Shown here in pieces: positions 1 through 10,607 of a stretch of DNA of 64,000 bases. The DNA comes from Azolla caroliniana. Taxonomy: Eukaryota > Plantae > Polypodiophyta. The notes beneath the pieces are model-generated. The model searched no databases. It worked only from the letters and a program-made list of their open reading frames with translations, and was not told the origin of the DNA. The position numbers and the translations under genes are program-made. Position 1 is the stretch's first letter; each line of letters starts with the position of its first letter. The DNA is taken from NCBI GenBank assembly GCA_043228905.1, contig JBHGNT010000007.1, forward strand, positions 15,066,001 through 15,130,000, written 5' to 3'.

Positions 1-189
1 CGAAATGTTGTTGCATGATGATAAGGATAGAGAGATGGAGTATCTCAAGCTGGCAAGGAAAGTCGAAAGACTATATCAAGAAGTTCCGGATTGGTACGAA
101 GTGGTTATGACGTCAAGATTCGGGCCTTAACCTTTTCATGGTTTACTCAACAATGATGAAGCTGAAGATGATCAAGATGATCACGATTA

Positions 190-830
190 TTGTCATGAAG
201 AGACTTTCAACGAAGAATGTGGGCTCATAAGGAAAGATGGAGATATTCGAGGATGCGGTTGTGAAGAGAGACACGACGAAGAATGTGGGCTCAAGAGGGA
301 AGATCAAGATATTCGAGGACGTGATCATGAAGAGACATACGACAAAGAACGTGGGATCAAGACAAAAGATCAATATATTCGAGGATGTGATCGTGAAGAG
401 ACATGCGATGAAGAACAAGGGTTAAAAATGGAAGAACGAGATATTCAAGGATGCGATCATGAAGAAGAACGTGGGCTTCACAAGAGAGATTGACATCCCT
501 ATGGTCATTACGAGGGTCATTGCAAACTCGACAAAAGAGAAACATGTGACAAAGAACACGATCTTGAAGGGAGAGATTGTGATTGTCATCATGAAGATCA
601 TTGCAAACTCAAGAGAAGAGACAGATGCACTAAAGAAGGATACAATAATGAAGAGAGATGCGATGACGAATGTGGGCTCAAGAGGGAAGATCGAGAAGGA
701 TGCGATCATGAAGAGACATGCGGTGTAGAAAGTGGGCTAGAGGGGAAAGACCAAGATACTCGAGGATGCAGTCATGAAGAGACATGTGACAAAGAACACG
801 GGCTTGAGGAGAAAGATCAAGATCTACATG
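190..830 (+). repeat. Imperfect tandem repeat of about 63 bp (core GAAGAGACATGCGATGAAGAACGTGGGCTCAAGAGGGAAGATC)
   Basis: Recurring units visible by eye. The overlapping ORFs repeat the peptide KRHxTKNVGSRGKIxIFED. Confidence 0.7.
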
Positions 831-1988
831 GTTATGATAAAGACAAAGATCATTACAAACTCACAAAGAGTGCTCGAGATCTACAAGATTATGATCGTGG
901 AAAAGATTACTATAAACTCAAGAGGAGAAATCAAGGTCGAGCTCTTCATGGTTGTGCTACACTCGAAAGTCGTGATGGTGAGAGAAGTTGGAATCTAGAC
1001 TCTCATGGTTTAAATTGTGATGACGAGTCTGGTAGGTTTAATGAGGGCCTCAAACAAGAGGAGAAGTTAGGAAGAGACGAAAACTTTACATTTAAACGTG
1101 ATGATAGTGACGATAATAACGATACACACGATTTAGGGCTTGATGATAGTAAGAGAGAGTTTATTATTGATGGTGAGAGTGAGTGCCAAGAGAAGAATGA
1201 GGGTTATGATGATAAAAAGTTTTGCACTTTCTGTGGATATGGTTATGATAAGGGTAATGAAGAGGGTGAGAGTGATGAAGAAGAATTGTGTGTTTTAGGT
1301 TGCCTTGGTTTTCTTCGGGATAGATTTTATAAGAGTTTCACTAAATCAAATGGTGACATTCATGAGGATATCCATTATGAAAATAGAATAGGGATTTGTG
1401 ATGATGAGGGCATTCTACAAAAATATGTCCATGATGATGTAGGGTTACTTAATGATCATAAGGGTATAAGTAAGGAAAATCTAGAAAATGTTATTTGGGA
1501 TGTGTATAATGATGATGTTGATGTTGTGAGTATGTGTGGGAAGGATGGGATTAAGGTTGATAAGATTGAGGATAATCTAGAAAATGTTATGATGGTTTGG
1601 GATGTGTATGATGATAATGTTGGTGTTGTGAGTGTGTGTAGGAAGGATGAGTTTAGGGTAGATGATATTGAATATGATGGTTATCTCGTGATAAATAATT
1701 TGGAGACTAAAGATGTTAACTCAAAGGATGACTATAATGATGATGTAAGTATAATTTACATTGAGGTTGTTATCGAAGAAGATGATGTTGTAGTAAAATG
1801 GATGGTTATTACTTATGAAGAAGAAAGGAAAGAAGTGATTATGAGGACTACCCATGGGAAGGAAGGGAAAGATGCATCAAGATGGTGGGATGTTCAACTA
1901 AACAGAGGAGGTTGTATTGCCAATGTTTCCATCTCCCATCTCAAAGAAAAGGATTGGCTAATAAGAAGAAGCACCCGATCTTTGGATT

Positions 1989-2190
1989 TGGTTCGACAAG
2001 ACGCATCGACTACACCCCAAGAAGATCGAAGGAGGTTGGGTATTGGTCTACAACAACAACCTTGACAACCAACACAAAACGAGAAGAAAGCGTGCAAGAA
2101 GGTGACACGTGCCAACGACAACGCCACCTACCACCTCGCGGAGCTAGATGGATCGAGGTTGGCCATATTCATTACGACGAAAAGATCTTC
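1989..2190 (+). pseudogene. Integrase C-terminal fragment of the old tRNA-Trp-family element
   Basis: Manual translation WFDKTHRLHPKKIEGGWVLVYNNNLDNQH...ANDNATYHLAELDG aligns to RFDRTHRLRPKKIEEGDWVLVYDSSLDNQH...ANDNGTYHLAELDG of the Pol at 3146-6643. Confidence 0.85.
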
Positions 2191-2263
2191 AATAAAAGAC
2201 AAGCTGAGGGTCCTTTACAATGAAGTCGGAACCTACAAACGTGAGTGAGTTCAATGAGGACGT

Positions 2264-3074
2264 TGTCGGGGTTGCTACGCCCTTGCGTGCAGAAAGGAGG
2301 AGGGACCACGGGGGTCTTGGACCGAAGAGCAAGAGAGAGAGAGGAGAAGGAGAGAGAGACCCGATTACACAGAACCGAAGATTGCACAGGGACACGGCCC
2401 AACAAACAGAGATCACAAATAAACGCCGACGCAGATGGACGCAACCACAAAAGATATGTACTTATGAATGCAAGAAAATAACAGGCTAAAGTGTTACAAC
2501 CCACGGCGGGGCACGAAATAGACACTAACGAAAACGAACAGGGCGGCGAACAGATGCCGACCCCTGTATGTCGCGACGCACGGAAAGGGGAAAACAGGTC
2601 GGAGGTGCTGCAGGACGCACTCGGGGCGTTCCACGGAACAGCGCAAGCCTCCTCGAAACCTGCACAGGTACGCGATGGAGCAGAAGACAGAGAAAGCAGG
2701 AGTGAGAGAGGAGCTTCGAAATCGGTTCGGCAGCACTTCGTCCTCTCCGTGTCAGATACCTGCAACAGCTCTTTCTTGGCCCTTATATAGCCCGACGAGC
2801 AGGCCGTCCTATCAGTTTTATTCCCTGTCCCTTTTGGACAGGGATCCGCTCCGTTTTTCACGCATCCTCGTAGTTACGCCGCCGACTCGTACTGTTCGCG
2901 CGCGTGACCGAAAAGACTGTTCGCGCGGTCTTTGTCTCCACCCGAGTTAGGGCCTTTCCTGCCGATTATCCTCCTAATTCGCTTTTATGTACAACTTGGA
3001 GCTTGCGCGCGTGAAGAGCCGGTTCCCACGCCTAGGTGCGCCGATTCCGCCTATGGACGGTTTTCTTCACGACA
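2264..3074 (-). repeat. 3' LTR of the 2264-9614 element
   Basis: Direct repeat of 8804-9614. PPT (minus strand AGGTGGGGGCGGA) adjoins at 3075-3087. Confidence 0.97.
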
Positions 3075-3145
3075 TCCGCCCCCACCTAACCGCGCATCCT
3101 CCGGTATGCGCCAAGAGAGTTGGGACGGAGAAAACCGGCCCGTCT

Positions 3146-6100
3146 TCATTCCTCGCCCGTCGGTTCTCCCTCGTTTCCGGATCGTTCGTCACTGCTGACT
3201 AAGAGAGCCGGGTCCGGCTCGTCGTCATGTCGCTTCTTGAACGCTTTGATCCGCTTCCCTGCAACCGGTATTGCCACTCTCGTGCCGTCAAGTTCCGCCA
3301 GGTGATATGTCCCGTTGTCATTGGCGCTCCGTACCACGTAAGGTCCAAACCACCTTCGTGCGAACTTCCGTGTAGCTCGGTGCTGGTTGTCGAGGCTGCT
3401 GTCGTAGACGAGCACCCAGTCGCCTTCTTCGATCTTCTTCGGTCGGAGCCGGTGCGTTCGGTCGAACCTGGCTTTGTTCTTTGCCCTCGCCACCCGGAGC
3501 CTCTCCGTAGCCAGTTCCACGTCCTCCGGTCTCCGCTCGAGCTGTCGTATGCGCGCGGCCAACAACTCCTCCCGGCTCATCTCGTCCCGCCAGGCGACCG
3601 TTGCCCACGAGGAGATCGTCCGTTCCATCGGCATGACCGGCTTCTGGCCGAACATGAGCTCGGTCGGCATGTACCCGGTTACCGAACTGTGCGTGGTCCG
3701 GTCTGCCCACAAAGCATAAGGTAGCAGCCGCGGCCAGTTACCGACTTGGCCTCCGCATGCCCGAACCAACGCCTTGACGATAGGCCCGTGTCCGCGCTCC
3801 ACCTTCCCATTCGCCTCCGGATTGTACGCAGTGGTGAGCGAGAGCTTAACTCCGAGCCGGTCGAACAGCTCCGCGGCTTCTTCGGTGTCCAACTCCCCTC
3901 GATCAGCCACGATCTTCCCGACGCACCCGTACCGGCATATCACGTCCTCGATTAGGAACCGGCATACGGCCGCGGTCGTTTTGTTCGGAAGGGCCCGGCC
4001 TTCCACCTGGTTCGTCAGATCCTCCCGCGCTAGGACCAGATACCGCATCTGTCCTACCCCCATCGGCATCGTCACCAGATCTACCATCCATTTGAAGTGG
4101 ATGGTCGGAGGGTACGTAGGGTGAAGCTCGTCCCGGTGTCGGACTATGGAGTGCATCTGACAGCTCTCGCAAGTTGTCACGAACCGACGCACGTCCTGGT
4201 ACTGCCCCGGCCACCAATACTTCCCCTTCAGTTTCTCAAACGTAGCCCATGTTCCGCGGTGTCCAGCCCAAGCGCTGTCGTGGTAGGCCGTCAGCAGCTC
4301 CTCCTGTTCTTCCTTCATCACCACCACCCGGAGTGGAGCGCCGTCCCTCTTCTTCGGGTGCCTCCATAGATAGCCATCCCGAAGAAAGAACCGGTACGCT
4401 TTCTTCCGGATCCGGTTGGCCTCGTCCTTCGTCCATGACGCATCGGGCGTCATTGTCTTCAAAAACCCACCGATCTGCAGCCACTCCCCGTCGTACTTGC
4501 TCACGTCGAAGTCGCTAAGCGCCGGAGTGCTTGTCCCGTCCGTTGTTACATACGCAGTCTCGAAGAAGTCCACGCCGACCTCTTCGTCCTCCGAAACCAT
4601 GCCGCCCTCGTCATCGAATCTCGCCCTTGAAAGCATGTCGGCCATGGCGTTGTCTTTCCCGGAAATGTGTCGTATTACCGGGTCTAGGGACTTGATATAC
4701 GCTATCCACCTGAGCATTGCCAGGTCCGGCGTCGCGCATCCGGAAACCATACCGAGGATCGGCAGGCAATCCGTCTCGATGATCACTTCTGTCCCTATCA
4801 GGTAGTCTTTGTCGGCCTTAATCGCCGAAACAATACCCCAGAGTTCGCGCTTAACCTGGGCGTATCCTCGCTGTCGTTCGCTGAGGACTTTTGCGCCGAA
4901 CCGGATCGGAAACCGATTGCCGTCCTCGTCTTCCTGGTTCACGACCCATCCGATCCCGGTCGGACTGGTATCCACCGTTATGAATACCCGGGTACCCTTC
5001 CCGTATACCGCCTTCCGGAGTGCCGGTGCCGCTGCAAGGGCCTCTTTCAGCCTCCGGACCGATTCCGCGTGCTCGTCTAGCCATTCGAACCTTCGCCCCC
5101 TTTTCAGCAACCCGTACAGCGGCTCCGCGACGTGTGCGTAATGCGGGATCCATATGTGGTAGAACGCGCATGCCCCCAGGAATCTCCGTACTTCCGTGAC
5201 CGAGCTGCAGTCGGGCTTCATCGCGGAGATGGCTTCTACCTTTGCCGGAGACGGTTTCCGGCCATATGGTCCGCACAGGTGTCCGACCACCATGATTTCT
5301 GACTGCCCGAAGGCCGACTTCTCCCCGGAGAAGGTGAGTCTCGCATCCTCTAGCCTTTGCAGCACCTTCTCGCAGTCGTCGATGTGCATTACCACGAATC
5401 GCCGGCATCCGTCCGGCCCGACCGTCTCGTCCTTCTCTTCTACCGGGCATCCCTTGATCGGGATGTCGTCCAGAAACGGCATGGTGATGTCCGGGATACA
5501 GTCCCTCAGAACCTTGTTCATCGCATTCACCATGTGGGCCACCGAGTTGGTCCCTCCTTGCGGCAGTGTACACATCCGAACTAGGCCGAGGGGAGTTCGC
5601 ATCGTCGTAATGTCTCTGCTTTCCACGGCTAGCTGGAACTGGTCGTACCCTGAGTATAGATCCCCGACCGAGTAAATCGACCTCCCGGCGAAGGCCTCCG
5701 CAAACTCGTCTATGGTCGGTCCGATCCCTGCGTTCCGAATGGTCACTCGATTGACCGGCTGCAGGTCCTGGATGAAGCGCAACGAACCGTTTTTCTTCGG
5801 TACGGTAAACCATCGATTCGAATATGGGGCGCTCGACGGCTCGAGAATTCCCATATCAACTTTCTGCCTCAGCAGCTCCATCAACTTCGGGATGTGAGCT
5901 CTTGGAACCGGGATTGGCTTGAGATTCCATGGTACATGCGGTACCGTGAATATCACCATCGGCTCCACGATCGTCGGGTCAACGCACCCGATTTCCTCCG
6001 GCGAGAATGCGAAGGCTTTCCCGTGCCTTCCGAGCATTCTCCGAAACCGGTCTTCCTCCGCCGGCAGTAGGAACCCGCCCCCACCGATCTTGAGCTCTCG

Positions 6101-6643
6101 GAGCGTCTCGTCGGTGAAGGTGTGTCCTATGCAGGCCGGATCTCGTAGACTAGGGTCCGATGCAACCCCTTTGATTCTCGACGCGCTGTCCTCCGGTAAG
6201 GGTGCCGCGACTGGCCTTACCTTCCGGTCCACAGTCTTGTACTTGGTGCTTACGTGGGCCGTCCGATCCGACTCGAGCCCTCGACCGAAATCCGCGATGA
6301 CTCCGTACATCTCCTCGGAACACACCGGTATCGTCCGGTCTTCGTTAAGGCCTTCTTCGACTACCTTTCCCAGCATTCCCAAGGTGTCGTCGAATGAGAC
6401 CGCCTCCACGGCTCCGTTGATTTCCTCGTCAGGGCCGAGAACTCCGCACGCTCGAAGTCTCCCCTCCGCCTTTGTCTTCTCTCGGCCGCCGATGCCGACT
6501 ATCGTACACGCTCCGCTGTCGGAGAACAAAAATTCCCTACCTATGGTACAAGGTTTCTTTGGTTTTATCGTACAGGTGTGGGGTTTTCCCGGGGTGTCCG
6601 GACTGTCGCGGCCCCACGCCTTGGCAACCCTCTCTAAAAATCC
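3146..6643 (-). CDS. pol: Pol (RT-RNase H-integrase), in the -1 frame relative to ORF1
   Basis: RT motifs DLYSGYDQ, LPQG and FLDD. RNase H VDTS...ETDC. Integrase zinc finger H...GHRG...CESC and core VDL, ADRG, ANGKVERG. The frame is open from the GGATTTT site at 6643 into the 1127-aa ORF. Confidence 0.95.
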   Translation of the reverse strand, partial: GFLERVAKAWGRDSPDTPGKPHTCTIKPKKPCTIGREFLFSDSGACTIVGIGGREKTKAEGRLRACGVLGPDEEINGAVEAVSFDDTLGMLGKVVEEGLNEDRTIPVCSEEMYGVIADFGRGLESDRTAHVSTKYKTVDRKVRPVAAPLPEDSASRIKGVASDPSLRDPACIGHTFTDETLRELKIGGGGFLLPAEEDRFRRMLGRHGKAFAFSPEEIGCVDPTIVEPMVIFTVPHVPWNLKPIPVPRAHIPKLMELLRQKVDMGILEPSSAPYSNRWFTVPKKNGSLRFIQDLQPVNRVTIRNAGIGPTIDEFAEAFAGRSIYSVGDLYSGYDQFQLAVESRDITTMRTPLGLVRMCTLPQGGTNSVAHMVNAMNKVLRDCIPDITMPFLDDIPIKGCPVEEKDETVGPDGCRRFVVMHIDDCEKVLQRLEDARLTFSGEKSAFGQSEIMVVGHLCGPYGRKPSPAKVEAISAMKPDCSSVTEVRRFLGACAFYHIWIPHYAHVAEPLYGLLKRGRRFEWLDEHAESVRRLKEALAAAPALRKAVYGKGTRVFITVDTSPTGIGWVVNQEDEDGNRFPIRFGAKVLSERQRGYAQVKRELWGIVSAIKADKDYLIGTEVIIETDCLPILGMVSGCATPDLAMLRWIAYIKSLDPVIRHISGKDNAMADMLSRARFDDEGGMVSEDEEVGVDFFETAYVTTDGTSTPALSDFDVSKYDGEWLQIGGFLKTMTPDASWTKDEANRIRKKAYRFFLRDGYLWRHPKKRDGAPLRVVVMKEEQEELLTAYHDSAWAGHRGTWATFEKLKGKYWWPGQYQDVRRFVTTCESCQMHSIVRHRDELHPTYPPTIHFKWMVDLVTMPMGVGQMRYLVLAREDLTNQVEGRALPNKTTAAVCRFLIEDVICRYGCVGKIVADRGELDTEEAAELFDRLGVKLSLTTAYNPEANGKVERGHGPIVKALVRACGGQVGNWPRLLPYALWADRTTHSSVTGYMPTELMFGQKPVMPMERTISSWATVAWRDEMSREELLAARIRQLERRPEDVELATERLRVARAKNKARFDRTHRLRPKKIEEGDWVLVYDSSLDNQHRATRKFARRWFGPYVVRSANDNGTYHLAELDGTRVAIPVAGKRIKAFKKRHDDEPDPALLVSSDERSGNEGEPTGEE

Positions 6644-8760
6644 TCTCGGTTATCGGAACCGAGGGAGTCGCGGTTACGCTCGTGGTTCGGCCTAACCGTC
6701 AAAAACTGGACCGAGTGGCGCCCGTCCTGGCTCTTGACCCGCGCATAGGCCGAACCGTTGTCCAGCACCTTGGTCTCCATTCGCGCCGCCGTGATGTACG
6801 GCTCTCCCAGTATGACCGGATGCGAAGACGTCTCCTGCACGAAGAAGTGCTGGTCAATCTCGACGTCGCCGATCTTGACTCGCACATTCGGACAGGCCCC
6901 GTGCAGTTCCTCGGTGGCGCGCGTCGCCGCCCTTATCTTCCACCCGTGCTTGGTGTTGATCGGCCATTTGCCCTTCTTATAGAAGTCCATGGACATCAAG
7001 TTGATCTCCGATCCGTGGTCCACCAAAGCTATCACCGGTTCCTGGACATCGCCGATCTTCACCGGGGTTTCCGTGGTCGCTCGGGCCCAGTGCGGTCTCG
7101 AATAGTGGCTTTCCGCCCTCTCGTCTCCCAGCGCCATGTCGTCTAGGTGCGTCGTCCGCACTTCCACCGGTCTTTCCGGTTCTGTCTCCGCTGACAGCCT
7201 CTTCCGCTTCACCAAGTCCACGATGGAGTCGTGGAACTCCTTCTTGGCGATTCCCAGCACCTCCCGTAGCGACAGCTCCACCTTGCTGTCGAGGATCCGT
7301 TCCTCCAGGACCTTTCGTAAGTCCGTGGTTCTTTCTATCTCCGTCCCTAGACGGTACCCGCCCTTCTGGGGTTTATCTTGCGTACCGGCCCCGCCGGCTT
7401 CGTCCCGTCGTGGCCCGGACCGGGTCTCGTATCGTTGTGAGGGCCCGGTCGTCCCGGGTTTCCCCACCCGCTTCTCTTCTACCAGAGCCTCGTAGTTCTG
7501 GCAAGCGGCTTCCACGAAGCCCGTCCTTTCCTCGACCGGGTCGCTCCACCCGGTCATCTCCCGTACCCGTTTCTCCGCACGGTCCGATTCCTCCCCTTTT
7601 AGCCTTGCACCGGCAAGGCCTTCCAGCATCGTCGGCCAGAACCCGGCTTTGCTTTCCCTTCGGGCCTCGCCGCCCCCGACTCGAATGCCGGCCGACGCCG
7701 AGTAGTGGACGGTTTCCGCGTGTCGGGCCGCCGCCTCTTCCGTCAACCTTTTCATACCACCCTTTCCGTCGTTTCGGCTCAGGGCCCTTCGGGTGTCGCT
7801 GGCATGCACCCGTCCTTCCCACAGGTACACCACCCTGTTCCTCAGCGCCTCCGCGAAGTCGCCGCAGTCCTTCCGAATGTGGCCGACTTCATCGCACCAC
7901 ATGCACCTGTTTCCTGCCGCTGGCCGTCGGTCACGAGCCGGTTCGCCTCCTTCCCTTCGGGCTTGCGCGATTTGGAGGTCCTTTATCGCCTTCGTCAACT
8001 CCTCCAGCGCCGCTCCTCCGGTTGAGCCTCTGACTACGCCGGTCGAAGCCGAGCCGGTTTCCAACCACTCCCGGGTCTCTTCCTTGCGCACCTGTGGCGC
8101 TGGTTCGAGCTTCCATGCTGCGACCGAGCCCGACCCGGTTGCCCCGTTATCCGCCCATTCTCGCCGTTTATCGAAACGGCCACAGACCTTCTTGACAGCC
8201 GCCCAGTCGGTAGTGAGCCCGTCTTCGGTTTCCAGCAAGAGGCCCACGTGCTCCCGATCCCGCTCGTCGACCGACCTGACAAACAGCAAGACCCGGCTCG
8301 TGTCCAGGATGGTTCGGTCGAGCGCCGAAAGGCGCGCAAAGTTTCCCTCGAACTCCCGGAGGAGCGCCGACGCGTTTCTTCCCTTCCCCGGGGACTCCAC
8401 CCATTCCATGAACCTTCGCTTCGAAAGCCGGAGCGCGTCGTCCAGCCCGTATTTCTCTAGGAGCCGACCTTCGAACTCCTCCCAGGTACGGCTCTCCGTC
8501 CGCACCTCGAGCACCTCCGCATGGATGCTCGGCATCGCTACTCGGGGAAATCCGGCAAGACGCCTTTCTTCCGGAATGTCCCGCATCAGCATCTCTGCAC
8601 CGTAGGACGCCAAATACTTCGTGGCATCCTTCCCATCGAACCGGCCAATCGTGCCGACGACCGCCTCAATAGCTCTGTCGAGGGCACCGGTGCTCTCGCG
8701 CGCGTTTACAATCCGATCCACGGCCGAAGCCATGGCCTCTGCGAGATCCGACCCCCTCAT
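6634..8760 (-). CDS. gag: Gag plus aspartic protease (ORF1), DUF4100-like region
   Basis: 717-aa open frame with first ATG at 8760. Contains RFDGK gag motif, zinc knuckle CMWCDEVGHIRKDC and protease ALVDHGSEINLM...VILGEPY. Confidence 0.9.
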   Translation of the reverse strand: MRGSDLAEAMASAVDRIVNARESTGALDRAIEAVVGTIGRFDGKDATKYLASYGAEMLMRDIPEERRLAGFPRVAMPSIHAEVLEVRTESRTWEEFEGRLLEKYGLDDALRLSKRRFMEWVESPGKGRNASALLREFEGNFARLSALDRTILDTSRVLLFVRSVDERDREHVGLLLETEDGLTTDWAAVKKVCGRFDKRREWADNGATGSGSVAAWKLEPAPQVRKEETREWLETGSASTGVVRGSTGGAALEELTKAIKDLQIAQARREGGEPARDRRPAAGNRCMWCDEVGHIRKDCGDFAEALRNRVVYLWEGRVHASDTRRALSRNDGKGGMKRLTEEAAARHAETVHYSASAGIRVGGGEARRESKAGFWPTMLEGLAGARLKGEESDRAEKRVREMTGWSDPVEERTGFVEAACQNYEALVEEKRVGKPGTTGPSQRYETRSGPRRDEAGGAGTQDKPQKGGYRLGTEIERTTDLRKVLEERILDSKVELSLREVLGIAKKEFHDSIVDLVKRKRLSAETEPERPVEVRTTHLDDMALGDERAESHYSRPHWARATTETPVKIGDVQEPVIALVDHGSEINLMSMDFYKKGKWPINTKHGWKIRAATRATEELHGACPNVRVKIGDVEIDQHFFVQETSSHPVILGEPYITAARMETKVLDNGSAYARVKSQDGRHSVQFLTVRPNHERNRDSLGSDNREDF
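6637..6643 (-). promoter_or_regulatory. Putative -1 ribosomal frameshift heptamer G GAT TTT
   Basis: Lies immediately before the ORF1 TAG. A -1 slip enters the Pol frame with no stop. Confidence 0.75.
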
Positions 8761-8782
8761 TTCCTGCTCTTCTGCCGCCTCC

Positions 8783-8800
8783 TTCACGTCGGGTTCACCA
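8783..8800 (-). promoter_or_regulatory. Primer binding site for tRNA-Trp
   Basis: TGGTGAACCCGACGTGAA, 3 nt from the 5' LTR. Complementary to the recalled plant tRNA-Trp 3' end TTCACGTCGGGTTCACCA. Confidence 0.85.
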
Positions 8801-8803
8801 AGA

Positions 8804-9614
8804 TGTCGGGGTTGCTACGCCCTTGCGTGCAGAAAGGAGGAGGGACCACGGGGGTCTTGGACCGAAGAGCAAGAGAGAGAGAGGAGAAGGAGAGAGAGAC
8901 CCGATTACACAGAACCGAAGATTGCACAGGGACACGGCCCAACAAACAGAGATCACAAATAAACGCCGACGCAGATGGACGCAACCACAAAAGATATGTA
9001 CTTATGAATGCAAGAAAATAACAGGCTAAAGTGTTACAACCCACGGCGGGGCACGAAATAGACACTAACGAAAACGAACAGGGCGGCGAACAGATGCCGA
9101 CCCCTGTATGTCGCGACGCACGGAAAGGGGAAAACAGGTCGGAGGTGCTGCAGGACGCACTCGGGGCGTTCCACGGAACAGCGCAAGCCTCCTCGAAACC
9201 TGCACAGGTACGCGATGGAGCAGAAGACAGAGAAAGCAGGAGTGAGAGAGGAGCTTCGAAATCGGTTCGGCAGCACTTCGTCCTCTCCGTGTCAGATACC
9301 TGCAACAGCTCTTTCTTGGCCCTTATATAGCCCGACGAGCAGGCCGTCCTATCAGTTTTATTCCCTGTCCCTTTTGGACAGGGATCCGCTCCGTTTTTCA
9401 CGCATCCTCGTAGTTACGCCGCCGACTCGTACTGTTCGCGCGCGTGACCGAAAAGACTGTTCGCGCGGTCTTTGTCTCCACCCGAGTTAGGGCCTTTCCT
9501 GCCGATTATCCTCCTAATTCGCTTTTATGTACAACTTGGAGCTTGCGCGCGTGAAGAGCCGGTTCCCACGCCTAGGTGCGCCGATTCCGCCTATGGACGG
9601 TTTTCTTCACGACA
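8804..9614 (-). repeat. 5' LTR of the 2264-9614 element
   Basis: Direct repeat of 2264-3074, adjacent to the PBS. Contains a minus-strand TATA-like CTATATAAGG. Confidence 0.97.
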
Positions 9615-9704
9615 ACGTGGAGTAAATTGATTGTTCTCTGTAGCCGAAATCTCACATTCTCTTCTTGGCACGTACTAGAGGACATGCGGTTTGGTGGGGG
9701 TGGA

Positions 9705-10260
9705 TGTCGTGAAGATTTTCAGCAACCGTGTGAAAATCACATGGAACGAAGAAAATCGAGAAGATGCAATGTGCACACAAATGAATGGGGTGATGGTTAC
9801 ACTCGTACATTACCATGTTGTAAATATGAATGAAATGAGAAGCCCTAAGGCCTAGTAGCATTTTCGTGCATACCAAGGGGTGCAAGTAAAGTTTGAACCT
9901 TGCACCTCCAAGTTAAGACACAATTGACTTACCATTAGGATAAGTTGTTACTTGTTGTACTTTTATCACTGTATTTTTCACATGTAAATGCTCATACATG
10001 AGAACTTGAATGAGTGACATGGTCATCATGCATGCATGAGCACCAAATGGCAATCATGCATTTCATGCATCGCATGCATTGTATGCATGTCTTACACCCT
10101 CACATGCATCATATGCATGGGGGAATCTATATAAGAGAGAAAGGAAGGGAGAACGGGGGGCGATCAATCTATGCATTAATCAAGCTATATATTGAATCAA
10201 CATCTTAATATTAAAAAACATACTTATCTTATTGGTGACTTGTCTTGTTTCTCAACCTTG
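9705..10260 (+). repeat. 3' LTR (partial) of the old tRNA-Trp-family element
   Basis: Starts TGTCGTGAAGATTTTC after the PPT. Shares its start and the ATGCAT-rich block with the reverse complement of LTR 55399-56491. End uncertain. Confidence 0.7.
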
Positions 10261-10297
10261 ATGTCAAGGGTTCAAACCCGGAATTGGAATTTCCATC

Positions 10298-10601
10298 TGT
10301 GTTGGATCTATGTATCGATGGAGTAAGCTCCTCGACGTCGTTGCGGGATTCGGACCGGCGTATACACTTTTGATGGCGAATCGGGCGGAAGCTCTTAATC
10401 ACTTAGGAGATCTTTACAAATGGGAGAACCCCCACAAAGCCACTACTATGCGGTTTATATAGCTTTCACGTTCAGGGTATGGGCCTTTCACACTTGGACG
10501 TCTCTTTGCTTCTTTTCCTCTTGCCGTTCCCTCTTCATACTACGTCCTTGTTGATGCGCTCTTATTCGTGACTGGTTGTGTTGTTATCCCAACGCTTAAC
10601 A
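10298..10601 (-). repeat. 3' LTR of the 38-kb host element, with an internal deletion of about 260 bp
   Basis: Both ends match 47717-48282; the middle section is missing. Confidence 0.9.
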
Positions 10602-10607
10602 TCCCCC

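Larger units (their letters stand above)
2264..9614 (-). mobile_element. Intact, very young Ty3/Gypsy LTR retrotransposon (fungal-type, tRNA-Trp primed)
   Basis: Two 811-bp LTRs TG...CA with no difference seen by eye. TSD ACGT at 2260-2263 and 9615-9618. PBS, PPT and two uninterrupted ORFs present. Confidence 0.97.
1..10260 (+). mobile_element. Old degenerate non-autonomous Gypsy derivative (tRNA-Trp family): 3' part only, interrupted by the element at 2264-9614
   Basis: Integrase C-terminal remnant at 1989-2190. PPT GGTGGGGGTGGA ends at 9704 and is followed by TGTCGTGAAG at 9705, mirroring the PPT/LTR junction of the young element. Right boundary is approximate. Confidence 0.65.

Noticed and set aside
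1286-2065. 259-aa Asp/Val-rich ORF as a host gene
   Set aside because: Low complexity with an internal duplication, and it runs out of frame into an integrase remnant. It is TE filler.
3227-8605. Many + strand ORFs overlapping gag and pol
   Set aside because: Antisense shadows of GC-rich coding sequence.
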